Translations under genes and position numbers: made by a program
Source of the DNA: an uncultured Bdellovibrionales bacterium
GTDB lineage: Bacteria; Patescibacteriota; Minisyncoccia; Moranbacterales; UBA1568
NCBI GenBank assembly: GCA_964624415.1
Contig: CAZUWR010000001.1
Location: forward strand, 74,114 to 138,113
Length of the DNA: 64,000 nucleotides
Direction of reading: 5' to 3'
In this document: positions 46,892 to 56,515 of the stretch, piece by piece
Position numbering within the stretch: position 1 is the first letter of the stretch
Layout: every line of letters starts with the position of its first letter
The notes under the pieces: model-generated
What the model was told of the DNA's origin: nothing
Seen by the model: only the letters and a program-made list of their open reading frames with translations
Database searches by the model: none

Positions 46892-48754
46892 TTATTGATG
46901 TTTTGGTATATTAATTTTTTTCACGCGTGCAGGCTTATTGGCCTGATGCTCGATATGCGTGGTCACATCCCCGAGGAATTCATCAATATTCTCCGTCGCG
47001 ACGCACACCACACTATCGGCTCCGCCGTAGTATACGAACAAGGTATCCTCTTTGATGACCGCTCCGCACACATACACCACGCCGGATTTGGCACCGTGAT
47101 TCTCGTAGTGAGCGTTCGGCTCCAAGATAGGATAATTGCAGCGGTGCAAAATCTTGGTCGGATCGTTTTGATCCAAAATCATCGCACCCACTTTGTACTT
47201 ATTCGGATCACGCTTATCCATCGCATGATACAGCACCAGCCAACCGTATTTAGTCTTGATCGGCGGCGCACCTGCTCCGCGCATAATATTGTCCCAGCGA
47301 TGATCATCTTTGCCTGGCATCTTCATACTTTCGATGACTATCTTTTCATCATCCAAAGTGTCGAGGTATTCGATGGAAATCTTCGGCGTGATACTGTGCA
47401 AAACAGCGTACTTGCCATTCACCTTCTCCGGGAAAATCATCCAGTTCTTTTGGATTTCCCCGGGTTTGGAAATGAGCACCGGCTTTTTCCAATTCCATTC
47501 TTTATTCAAAAAATCCTCCACGCTAATCGAGGTCAATGCCACGCCCGGTGCATTGTATCCGTCGAAAAGCACATAGGTCATATAGATACGATCACCGATA
47601 TGCGTGATACGCGGATCCTCGCACCCTGCCCAGCTGCCGCCCGATACATACGGCGAGTTCTTAGCGCCTTCGCGATTGCTCTTGGTTGGATTCCACAACG
47701 TAAACACCGGCTGATCCAATCGCTCATCGATAGTCACACCGTCACGCGACGAGGCATAGCCAAGCACTGACACACCGTTTTCCCCGATGGCGCGATAGAG
47801 CAAGTGAATCTTGCCATCCAGATGCAGTGCGGCCGGATTGAAGGTGGCCTCTTTCTCCCACTGGCTCTCTATCTTCGGTTCGATGATCGGATTGCTGTGA
47901 TGCCGCTTGAGCTGCTTGATGATTTTGGCGCGTACCAATCCCGATGAAACGAGATGTATAGTCTTGAGGAATATCTCGTTGTCAGCATTCGCCCAATAGA
48001 TATGCAAAGAATGCTCAACGATAACCGCTCCCAAGAATCGATCCGGGATATGCGTTTCATCCACCACCTCTTCCCAAATAGGATCGTCCGATCGCCACAG
48101 AGGCGCGAGATACGGCTTGTCCATAGAAAACAACGCGGCTCCAACAACGATGTCCGCCCCGCCTTTTTTGCCGCGTCCCGAAGTATACAACACCAAAATT
48201 CCCTGCTCAATGATAAGCGTTCCGATGACGTGCAGTGCGCCTGCATCGAAATGCCCCTTGCGTGGCGACAGCACTTCACCGGAAGCATGCCAAGAAGTAA
48301 GATCGCTCGAAGCAGCCACAAATACATCGGTATCGCCATAGTAGGAAAGAAATCTTTTTTTGTGTTTGTAACTGGAAACAATAAGCGAGGCCTTATGCGA
48401 TAGATCGATATCGTTTTCCACGACGGTGAAATGGATCATATCCTCCGAATGCGCCATTATCGTACACTTTTTTCCACGCACCGTGCGCACGTACATCACA
48501 TAGTAGTCTTTGTTATGCGTAAAAAAAGACAGAGCATCGCATCCTGCGAGTGACTCCGCCTTGCCGTCTTTCCCTAAAATCTCAAGCTCATACCCCTGGG
48601 CGAATGCTACTCCATCCGTGCTCTGCGAGACAAACAAGCGCATCTTTCTGGCAATTTTGACGCCATACACCACCAAGACGCGCTTATTGTGCGTCGTCAC
48701 CGAAAGTGGGTATACGATCGCGTCTTCGTGTGTCAATGTCGTCTTGCTTGCCAT
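46892..48754 (-). CDS. GH130-like protein (degenerate N-terminal propeller plus intact C-terminal domain)
   Basis: C-half has TFNPAA, LYRA, GCEDPRIT, KNW.IFPEK, YYGGAD; N-half lacks EDPR. Confidence 0.85.
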   Translation of the reverse strand: MASKTTLTHEDAIVYPLSVTTHNKRVLVVYGVKIARKMRLFVSQSTDGVAFAQGYELEILGKDGKAESLAGCDALSFFTHNKDYYVMYVRTVRGKKCTIMAHSEDMIHFTVVENDIDLSHKASLIVSSYKHKKRFLSYYGDTDVFVAASSDLTSWHASGEVLSPRKGHFDAGALHVIGTLIIEQGILVLYTSGRGKKGGADIVVGAALFSMDKPYLAPLWRSDDPIWEEVVDETHIPDRFLGAVIVEHSLHIYWANADNEIFLKTIHLVSSGLVRAKIIKQLKRHHSNPIIEPKIESQWEKEATFNPAALHLDGKIHLLYRAIGENGVSVLGYASSRDGVTIDERLDQPVFTLWNPTKSNREGAKNSPYVSGGSWAGCEDPRITHIGDRIYMTYVLFDGYNAPGVALTSISVEDFLNKEWNWKKPVLISKPGEIQKNWMIFPEKVNGKYAVLHSITPKISIEYLDTLDDEKIVIESMKMPGKDDHRWDNIMRGAGAPPIKTKYGWLVLYHAMDKRDPNKYKVGAMILDQNDPTKILHRCNYPILEPNAHYENHGAKSGVVYVCGAVIKEDTLFVYYGGADSVVCVATENIDEFLGDVTTHIEHQANKPARVKKINIPKHQ

Positions 48755-48774
48755 ACCTTTTTTGTTTTACCTGT

Positions 48775-49119
48775 TTAAGAAGTACGCCCGTAAGCGTCTT
48801 CGATCCTGACGATGTCGTTCTCATCAAAATCCCCGAAAGCGATCTCCAGTATCTCCACATCATCCGTTGGTGCGCCGATCCGATGCACTGCTTTGGCATC
48901 GATGTAGAATTCATCGCCTTGCTTTGCTATCCGTGTCTCTTCACCGATAGTGATACTCGGATTGCCGGAGAGCACGCGCCAGAACTCATTGCGTTTGTGA
49001 TGATACTGCAGGCTCAGTTTCTGTCCCGCCGTAACGCTCAGTATCTTGACTGTTGTCACCTCATTGCTCGTAAATTGCCGAAAAGACCCCCAGGGCCGTG
49101 TGTCGTTTTGTATGTTCAT
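48775..49119 (-). CDS. Mannose-6-phosphate isomerase type II, cupin domain
   Basis: RPWGSF, LSLQYH.KRNEFW, HRI, EI..G.FDE.DIVRIEDAYGR. Confidence 0.92.
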   Translation of the reverse strand: MNIQNDTRPWGSFRQFTSNEVTTVKILSVTAGQKLSLQYHHKRNEFWRVLSGNPSITIGEETRIAKQGDEFYIDAKAVHRIGAPTDDVEILEIAFGDFDENDIVRIEDAYGRTS

Positions 49120-49279
49120 TTCTGTGCATCAATACGGAAAAAAGTATCCCCCTCTTTCTCTATTAAACCTCTTTGTCTGGCACTCGTCAAGCTCGGCTGA
49201 CGAATCCTTTCCGCAGGCATTGTATTGAAGGCGCTAGCGATCGCAAAGACACTCTATGTGAGCGAAACGACGACACAAA

Positions 49280-49480
49280 CTAGCTTATTCCATATGCGGA
49301 AGAGAGTGTCCCAAAAACCATCGGTAGGATGATCGCGATCGCTATGAGCGGCAAAACTACGGTCAGTACCGTGATGATAAGCGTCCATTTGAAATATGAG
49401 CGCAGCTTCTCCACGGACACATAAATAGCATCAAGCTTCTTCTCCTGTTCTTCTATTTTCCGCAGCAATTCTTCTTGCAT
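49280..49480 (-). CDS. Small membrane protein
   Basis: KKLDAIYVSVEK.R.YF.W then TM; CTATG start. Confidence 0.7.
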   Translation of the reverse strand: MQEELLRKIEEQEKKLDAIYVSVEKLRSYFKWTLIITVLTVVLPLIAIAIILPMVFGTLSSAYGIS

Positions 49481-49566
49481 AGGTTTTATATTGAAAAAAT
49501 TATCCCTTCGTATTCGTCGTCCCAATATGATACCAGTATATCACGCCACACCGCTCCCGACCGGAT

Positions 49567-50466
49567 TCAGCTGAGAATATATTTCAACAATGCCATCCTG
49601 ATGAGCAATCCATAGCGGGTTTGCTTGAAATACAGTGCCTTGGGCGAGGCATCGACTTCGGGCAAGATTTCGTCTATACGTGGCAACGGGTGCATAATGA
49701 TAGACTTCACTTTCATCGCCCTCACTGTCTTTCTGTTAATCTGATAACAGCCCTTGTATCGCCGGTATTCCTTATCGCTCTTGAAACGCTCCTGCTGAAT
49801 CCGTGTCTGATAGAGTACATCCACCAAAGAGACCACGCTATTCAAATCCTCCGTCTCCATAAAATCGACGCTGTGCTGCTGCAGATACGTCTTGATATCC
49901 TCCCCTACCCGCAAGGCTTTCGGTGAGACGAAGTATATCTTCACATCCTTGTACTTCCCCAAAAGATACGCGAGCGATCGGATGGTGCGGCCGTGCTTCA
50001 GATCGCCGACAAAAGCGATGTGTATCCCGTTTATTTTCTTCAATTCTTTGTGTATCGTGTACAGATCCAGCAGCGCCTGCGTCGGATGCTGTCCGGATCC
50101 GTCACCCGCATTGATGACCGGTATATCGGATACGAGTGAGGCTCTTTTGGAGGAACCTTCCTCATCATGACGAAGGACGATCACATCGACATAGCCATTG
50201 ACCACCCGGATCGAATCTTCCAGGGTCTCCCCTTTCGAAACGGAAGAGAATTCTTTGGCATTTTCCGTCGTAATAACACTCCCTCCAAGGCGGATCATCG
50301 CCGATTCAAAAGAAAACCGAGTACGAGTACTCGGTTCATAGAAAAGCGTCGCCATGATTTTTCCTTTCAGACACATATCCTTTTTCTTCCCCAAATTATC
50401 CGCCAAAGCGAAAATCTGCCTGATCACCTTTTGGTCGAACTGCTGCGACTCAATGACGTGTTTCAT
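49567..50466 (-). CDS. pyrB: Aspartate carbamoyltransferase catalytic subunit
   Basis: FYEPSTRTR.SF, KGETLED, NAGDG..QHPTQ, GDLKHGRT, YQTRIQ.ER, MHPLPR. Confidence 0.97.
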   Translation of the reverse strand: MKHVIESQQFDQKVIRQIFALADNLGKKKDMCLKGKIMATLFYEPSTRTRFSFESAMIRLGGSVITTENAKEFSSVSKGETLEDSIRVVNGYVDVIVLRHDEEGSSKRASLVSDIPVINAGDGSGQHPTQALLDLYTIHKELKKINGIHIAFVGDLKHGRTIRSLAYLLGKYKDVKIYFVSPKALRVGEDIKTYLQQHSVDFMETEDLNSVVSLVDVLYQTRIQQERFKSDKEYRRYKGCYQINRKTVRAMKVKSIIMHPLPRIDEILPEVDASPKALYFKQTRYGLLIRMALLKYILS

Positions 50467-50587
50467 AAGCGCATAGAGAATATGGATTAGCGAAAGTCTA
50501 CTGTGTACAGAATAAAAGAAAAACCCCACCCTCGCAAGGGATGGATTTTTGCATTGTTTCTCTTAATGCGATTTTAAATATTTGAAA

Positions 50588-50621
50588 AGCGGCAAGGTAA
50601 ATACTACTACCTTGCCGCTTA
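50588..50621. terminator. Terminator hairpin
   Basis: AAGCGGCAAGGTA...TACCTTGCCGCTT. Confidence 0.7.
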
Positions 50622-50626
50622 TGTCA

Positions 50627-51274
50627 TTAAAAAACGCCGAATGGTTTTTTTGTCATTACCTTAACACTCAAATAGAGAAGATCACACCCTTTGAACCTAT
50701 TCAAATATTTCGGTTCGCTGAGTAAAGCGTTCAATTCATTGGTTATTCCAAGTGAAGCTAAGTATCCTGTCCTTTTGAGTAAGTTATCGAACCTTATAAC
50801 AGTGCCTTCAGAAAAATCGGACATACCATCAGGAAAGTCGCGCTTAAAATGAGGCGACCAGTGATCATAACGCTTATCACACACAATGATGTGCTCATTT
50901 TTAAAATACAGCATATTTTCATTGCGTAGTTCTGCAAGATGCTTTTGAATTTTTTCCATCAAATCCTTTTTTTGAATAACAACACTAATAATTGGATTAA
51001 GGGAAAGCATCTTCTCTTTTTTATCTCTACGAATGGTAGAAAAAGCGGTTATAAAAGAGATGAATTGACTTGGACTGTCAGGCATGACATGGAAACCCAA
51101 TATCTGCAACAATTTTTCATCCATAGCCAGATCATTGAATCTGATTCTAAAAAAAGTATCCGTTGATCCATCCATGCTAGTATCATCTTCAAGAAACATA
51201 ATACTAGCATTATCTCTCATGAAAAATATTTCTTTCACCACTTCATTGGTATCTATTTCTGCTAATTTATTCAC
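50627..51274 (-). CDS. Orphan hypothetical protein
   Basis: AT-rich, GTG start after GGAGG, TTGACT-17-TTTAAT promoter, boxA-like GTTACTTAACAA. Confidence 0.6.
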   Translation of the reverse strand: MNKLAEIDTNEVVKEIFFMRDNASIMFLEDDTSMDGSTDTFFRIRFNDLAMDEKLLQILGFHVMPDSPSQFISFITAFSTIRRDKKEKMLSLNPIISVVIQKKDLMEKIQKHLAELRNENMLYFKNEHIIVCDKRYDHWSPHFKRDFPDGMSDFSEGTVIRFDNLLKRTGYLASLGITNELNALLSEPKYLNRFKGCDLLYLSVKVMTKKPFGVF

Positions 51275-51545
51275 AACTGCCTCCTCTGAGCATTCATTTA
51301 TAAATAGCTAACTACGTTAGCTAAAAATATATAAAACACACTTTGTTAAGTAACTACCCCAGAAACCCATTTAGGGCATGACTAATTAAAGCATACTTTA
51401 AATAAAAAGTCAAGTATTTAATACTGCTTTAAACCCCATAGAAAAATAAGACTGGAAAAGCTTTGATAAAAGTTTTATTGCAGAACAGTTTAAACGCTGT
51501 GCTATAATCAGTTCATATATAAGAAGGTCGAACAAATTCATATCT

Positions 51546-52007
51546 ATGAACTACAAACACACGCAAATTGGTTACCTGATGCTGGTCGTCACGCTGGCTG
51601 TACTGGCGCTTTTCGTATGGGTGTATACCACAGCCTCCGCTGAGCCCCCTTCAGCAGATTCAGGACCGAATTTTGCCATCACTACTGTCATGGTATTGAT
51701 TCTGTTTACCCTTGCTTCCTTTTGGTCGCTTCAAATCAGTATCGATGAGAAATATATACACATCAAATTCGGCTATGGCATATATCAGAAAAAGCTTTCA
51801 CTCGATGATATACTCTCCGCCAAAACTGTCCGGAATCACTGGTATTACGGATGGGGAGTAAGAGTATGGCTCTGGCCAAAAATGTGGATCTACAATGTTT
51901 CCGGTTTTGATGCCGTCGAAGTGAAACTAAAAAATGGCAAGGTATACCGAATAGGCACAGACGAACCCAAGAAATTAGAACAGGCAATTCTGCGTTTGAT
52001 TAAATAA
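51546..52007 (+). CDS. Two-TM protein with bacterial PH-like domain
   Basis: YKHTQIG, WYYGWGVR, YNVSGFDAVE, RIGTDEP..L. Confidence 0.75.
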   Translation: MNYKHTQIGYLMLVVTLAVLALFVWVYTTASAEPPSADSGPNFAITTVMVLILFTLASFWSLQISIDEKYIHIKFGYGIYQKKLSLDDILSAKTVRNHWYYGWGVRVWLWPKMWIYNVSGFDAVEVKLKNGKVYRIGTDEPKKLEQAILRLIK

Positions 52008-52170
52008 CTCAGAGGCATTGTACGCGCGGGTGGAGGCGGTGATGAATCGTGGATAAGGAGTGAAAACAAATCGTTGTTTGTGCTTGTGTTTGTATTATTC
52101 AGAAAAAATTTATAGAAAAAAACCGCCTTGCCATTATCGGGGGCGGTTTTTTGTTTTTTGCGGTGAGATT

Positions 52171-52751
52171 TCACTTGGATATTATCCATGTGGTCTGAAT
52201 GATATAATTTCTATCACCCCATATATCACGTAGCAGTTTTGACTCCTCATCATTCAAGGATGCTCTTTCAACAAAAACATCTGAGACATCGTCTATCCTT
52301 CTAGACTGTATGCATTCAAAGTTGATCTGGTTATCTTTCATCCACGTTTCAACTTCTTTGCGTGATGAATAGAAATGTCCAGAGCGTTGAATTTTTGGAA
52401 TTGAACCGTCAAATGCCAGGTCTATATTTTGACGCCATCCATCCGGATCAGCATCATCTGCTCCCGCATTTTGTAAAACTACAAATTGTTTTGTCACTCT
52501 TGTAATTTCTTTTAAAATAGCGGCTTGTCTTTCCGGATCATTCCATATAAGCACATAGCGCATCATGCCTACATCAACAGTATCATCTTGCAATGGTATG
52601 CATTCTGACAAATCCGCTTCAATCGCCGTGCTGCAGATTTTCCGCACCTTCCGGAGCAGTTACCGCAGCGACCAGCGACTTCACTTACAGGGAGTGTGGT
52701 CTGAATAGCTTGAAAAGCTTCTTGACCTGGCACAACAAATGGCGTTTTCAT
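52171..52751 (-). pseudogene. Truncated/frameshifted class I SAM methyltransferase
   Basis: C-part EADL...IPLQDDTVD..MMRYVLIWN....ILKEITRV is methyltransferase-like; GxGxG motif absent; 5' part in another frame. Confidence 0.55.
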
Positions 52752-53449
52752 GAGATTTTCTCCAATGAGCCAAGTTTACCTAAATACTCGTCGACACCTG
52801 ACGAGGCCTGCCAGAGCTTGCGATATTTCGACAAACTTCTAGTGTGCATAGCATAGCCAAATTCTTCCTTTCCTGTCAAGTCCCTAAACGCCGGGAGGTT
52901 CAAGATGATGCGATTGAAAATTTCCGCCGCATCCCAGTCTTCACGCAATACATCCTGTTTTGTTTTCTTGAGATACGTATAATAATAAAAATGGAGAACC
53001 TCATGAGCTACATGACGACGCACTTCATCGGGCTCACTCTCCGTTTTATACCAAATCTGAAAACCTCGCATATTATCTTCGATAACGCCACACTTGAAAA
53101 TGGACAAGTGCGCCGTGATAGTCTTAGTGCGATAAAAAGAAAGTGGACCAAATATTTTCTCTATCTCATGAAAATATTGTTTGGCTATTTCATTCCATAT
53201 CGCTTGCATAGTAACGAGAGAAGCCTCAATTTCCGCCTTATGCTCACGATAATACTGATTGACATAAGGATTAACTTGCTTCCATAAATCTTCCTCGCTT
53301 AATTTTCGCCACGTTGAAAAGATAGGGTGCTCACTAATGATTCTGTCTTTACCAAAATCATATTTCCCAATCTTATTATTCAGAAAATATACCCCAATTT
53401 CTTTATCGAATTTTTTGCTTATTTTAAATTGGACGGTCGGATACGACAT
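52748..53449 (-). CDS. Hypothetical HEXXH metallopeptidase-like protein
   Basis: RHVAHEVLHFYYY plus downstream E (AAEIFN). Confidence 0.65.
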   Translation of the reverse strand: MSYPTVQFKISKKFDKEIGVYFLNNKIGKYDFGKDRIISEHPIFSTWRKLSEEDLWKQVNPYVNQYYREHKAEIEASLVTMQAIWNEIAKQYFHEIEKIFGPLSFYRTKTITAHLSIFKCGVIEDNMRGFQIWYKTESEPDEVRRHVAHEVLHFYYYTYLKKTKQDVLREDWDAAEIFNRIILNLPAFRDLTGKEEFGYAMHTRSLSKYRKLWQASSGVDEYLGKLGSLEKIS

Positions 53450-53547
53450 ATGAGAAGCTTATACTTAAAAACTTTTATTCATTAATGATAAGATTAAACT
53501 ATTCTACTGTCAATAAAAAGGCTTAGAAAAAGCCTCAAAAATACACA

Positions 53548-53698
53548 GGGTTCGAATCCTACTTAGAGATAACAAAAAACAAGGCCTGAATAAGCCTTAT
53601 TTTTTTCAATGTTGGGGCTACGGGACGATTTTAGAACTCTTGATTGGCAAAGTTTGTCTGTTCAATTACAGCCGATGCCAACGTTTGAAATGGTTTGA
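53548..53698 (+). other. Candidate left att junction: tRNA T-arm-like GGGTTCGAATCC, hairpin, and orphan recombinase-tail-like peptide
   Basis: GGGTTCGAATCC at 53548 without a tRNA body; 53609-53698 reads MLGLRDDFRTLDWQSL...*. Confidence 0.45.
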
Positions 53699-53822
53699 GA
53701 TCACTACTTTTTTATTATACATCCCCCACTCAGAACAAGCCATAAAAAAACCGCTTCAATTATCACTAATCGAAGCGGGGTTCATTTTCGAAACAATCAT
53801 TCGATCATCTCTTTCATTCCTG

Positions 53823-55865
53823 TCATTTCACCTTGAAACTTATCGTGGCACAGTTATTGCCTTCATTGGATTCGGCTACCTGACCTTGATAGTCTACACA
53901 ACAGGTATAGGTGCGATTGCCCTTGTCCCCGAGCTTAATATTGTCATTCTGTACATTCTCGGTCTTAGATTGACCGGGACCTATTTCAGACGCTTCGACC
54001 GTATCATTATCGCGGAAGACTCCGCTATTGATATAGTAGGCGATGAGTATGGATCTCGGAGGAGCTCCATTACCAATGTTTTGCACGGTGCAGTAGGGAT
54101 GGACGCGGGTATTTTTCTTGATACTCGTACCTTCTCTGAGCCACATCGCTGAGACAACAAAATCCGGATAAGCCTGTCTGACTTCAAAAGGAATTTCCGT
54201 GCAATTGTTAGTTTCATTCGTCTCATTGGCAAGATTGAGATAATCGGCACATCCCCTGAGGGTATACCAGCCCGGAACGGATGGTGCTTGGATAAGGGAG
54301 ATCATTTCTTCGTATTGATCCCTGTTGTGTGAAAAATTGGATGCTTCCGAACCGTCATCGGCAATCTGTGTCCACTGATCATTGGTACCGGGACCTTTGA
54401 TAGCGTACTGACTGCGAATGGTGGTTGCGGGTAAAACAGCCCCCGTATTGCGTATGGTCATAAATGCACCATACATTTCATTCGTGTACAGAAAAGACTT
54501 GCTTTTAATACCGATGCTCGAAACGACTAGATCCGTATCGGGCATATTGACCACACCCTCTACAACCTCAAAGACAGCTTCCGTCGAACAATTGTTACTC
54601 TCATGTTCTTCGGCATAGTCTCCTCCATTGTTATGGTCATCTTGAGGATGATCCATACAGTACACGATATTGTAGATACCGGGTTCTGTTATCCATTCCC
54701 ACAGATTGGTATTCTTAGTTTCCGTGTGAGTGGCGCCAGGATCAAGATTGCTACAGTGGGTATTGGTGCTGTCGAGTCGTCTCCAAGCACCATTTCCGCT
54801 GTGTGAGTCTTCTTTGTAGCCTTTTGACAGATAGAAATGTCCCGTAATATCTCCATTGCACATGCCTTCGCCGATGTTTTTGGCTTGAGCTGATGTATCG
54901 ATGGATTCATTGAGACCGTACTTGTAGGTTTCGACTCCCCAGGGAGTCTTAAGCCACGTTTTGACGGTAATGAAGTCGGGTAAGGTTTCCGGAATCGGTA
55001 TTTCAGCATCATCGATGTATGCATAACCGAAACCCTTGATGCCATATTCTCCGCTCACACCGTCAGCATGATCAATTGGAAGACTTGCATCTACCGAGAG
55101 ATCCTTCACAGCTACTTTTCCGATAAAATCATCGGGATTGAAATAGCCGCACTCTTTCGGGTCTTTTTGTGGAGAATAGCCGTAAGAAACTTCTCTGTAA
55201 GAGAATAAATGCCAAATTTTTCTGGTATTCATGCACTCATCTTTTGCTGCTGCTTCATACAATACCGGGGCTTGCTTCAGTTCAAGATGGAGATGTTCGG
55301 GCCATAATTTTTCTTTTCCCGTGTTTGAATCGATCACGCCACTCGTGCCGCCAATTACACCCAGTTTCTGACCCTGATAAACCCACATACCAATAGATAA
55401 GCCGGTGTCTATGCTTTTCATGTGAGCATAAAAGCTATACACTGTGCCCCCTGCCGAACATTCGCTCTTATTGACACAATAATGTTTTAGAATAACAAGG
55501 TTTCCAAAACCATGACTTTCAGCAGAACTATGAATAATACGAACTACTTTTCCTACAGCTACTGCCCTAACCTCGTCTGAGCCATTCTGACTTTGATAAT
55601 CCAAGCCCGTATGATAAGGCTGTGCATCCCAACCGTCGCAATAATCCCCAAATCGACATTTCTTCGTTTTACCTATAGCAACATCTCCCTTACAAGCAGC
55701 ACCACATAATGGCTTATAGCCCTCCTCATTTCTGTACACCTCGTCCGTATACTTCCAATCGGTTGGTTTTTGCATAATATCCGTTACGGCATATGCATAA
55801 CTTCCGACCACCAAATACAACATTGCGAATAACATGCTCGCAAAAACTTTCTTTGCTTTGTTCAT
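53823..55865 (-). CDS. Secreted M23 peptidase with three CARDB-like domains
   Basis: Signal peptide; YHTGLDY, GFGNLVILKH, YAHM, EHLHLE; three PD/TD...N.G...E..E.NNC repeats. Confidence 0.85.
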   Translation of the reverse strand: MNKAKKVFASMLFAMLYLVVGSYAYAVTDIMQKPTDWKYTDEVYRNEEGYKPLCGAACKGDVAIGKTKKCRFGDYCDGWDAQPYHTGLDYQSQNGSDEVRAVAVGKVVRIIHSSAESHGFGNLVILKHYCVNKSECSAGGTVYSFYAHMKSIDTGLSIGMWVYQGQKLGVIGGTSGVIDSNTGKEKLWPEHLHLELKQAPVLYEAAAKDECMNTRKIWHLFSYREVSYGYSPQKDPKECGYFNPDDFIGKVAVKDLSVDASLPIDHADGVSGEYGIKGFGYAYIDDAEIPIPETLPDFITVKTWLKTPWGVETYKYGLNESIDTSAQAKNIGEGMCNGDITGHFYLSKGYKEDSHSGNGAWRRLDSTNTHCSNLDPGATHTETKNTNLWEWITEPGIYNIVYCMDHPQDDHNNGGDYAEEHESNNCSTEAVFEVVEGVVNMPDTDLVVSSIGIKSKSFLYTNEMYGAFMTIRNTGAVLPATTIRSQYAIKGPGTNDQWTQIADDGSEASNFSHNRDQYEEMISLIQAPSVPGWYTLRGCADYLNLANETNETNNCTEIPFEVRQAYPDFVVSAMWLREGTSIKKNTRVHPYCTVQNIGNGAPPRSILIAYYINSGVFRDNDTVEASEIGPGQSKTENVQNDNIKLGDKGNRTYTCCVDYQGQVAESNEGNNCATISFKVK

Positions 55866-55972
55866 TTTCTCACTCCAGGTTGTCAACGTGCTTCAGATTC
55901 ACTTGCGTAAATCCACCTTTGATATCTCCATAGTTTCATGAAGGTATCTTTTGGCGGATATACCGCCATGTA

Positions 55973-56515
55973 TTATCGGAAAAAATGGAAGGTTTGAAAA
56001 ATATCATGACCTGCCATTGCTTTTTGAAGTAGCCCCGAGTCCACGAAGAAATATGGGATTATAAAAGGAAACACGGTATCAGAAGAATTATCACTAAAAA
56101 TAAAGCGGTCTCCATTGTGCTGAAGAAGAGTGCGTTTAATCATATGATCCTCTTCCATAAATGGATTCCCTTGTGCTACTTTTATATATAAAATACTCGC
56201 CGCATGCCAATCAAGAATCGTCCAGAGCTTAAAAATGACATCTTCTTCATATGGAAGATTGGTTTTTTCTGGAACTATACTGATAGTAAAAATATCATCC
56301 GGAGAGACTGTTACGGATATATGATTATCATAATTCTCCGTTTTCACTCCATATCCTTCCGGATATTTAAACTCAAAACCATACTCATCATTACGATAAG
56401 TTTTCCAATCCTTCGTCCGCTCATAATGGGAATATGTCTGCCATACTAAAAACACCCCGATAAGAGCAATAATTGCTGTAATGGCTACAATAAGCCTCTT
56501 TGAGATGTTTTGCAT
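55973..56515 (-). CDS. Membrane-anchored PsbP-like protein
   Basis: N-terminal TM; DWKTYRNDEYGFEFKYP; C-terminal IFQTFHF. Confidence 0.75.
   Translation of the reverse strand: MQNISKRLIVAITAIIALIGVFLVWQTYSHYERTKDWKTYRNDEYGFEFKYPEGYGVKTENYDNHISVTVSPDDIFTISIVPEKTNLPYEEDVIFKLWTILDWHAASILYIKVAQGNPFMEEDHMIKRTLLQHNGDRFIFSDNSSDTVFPFIIPYFFVDSGLLQKAMAGHDIFQTFHFFR

Noticed and set aside
49140-49279. Riboswitch upstream of the mannose/GH130 operon
   Set aside because: Small stems are present (e.g. TCGTCA..TGACGA) but I recognise no aptamer consensus; an Rfam scan would be needed
53548-53560. tRNA gene
   Set aside because: Only the T-loop motif is present; no D-arm, anticodon arm or acceptor stem can be folded upstream
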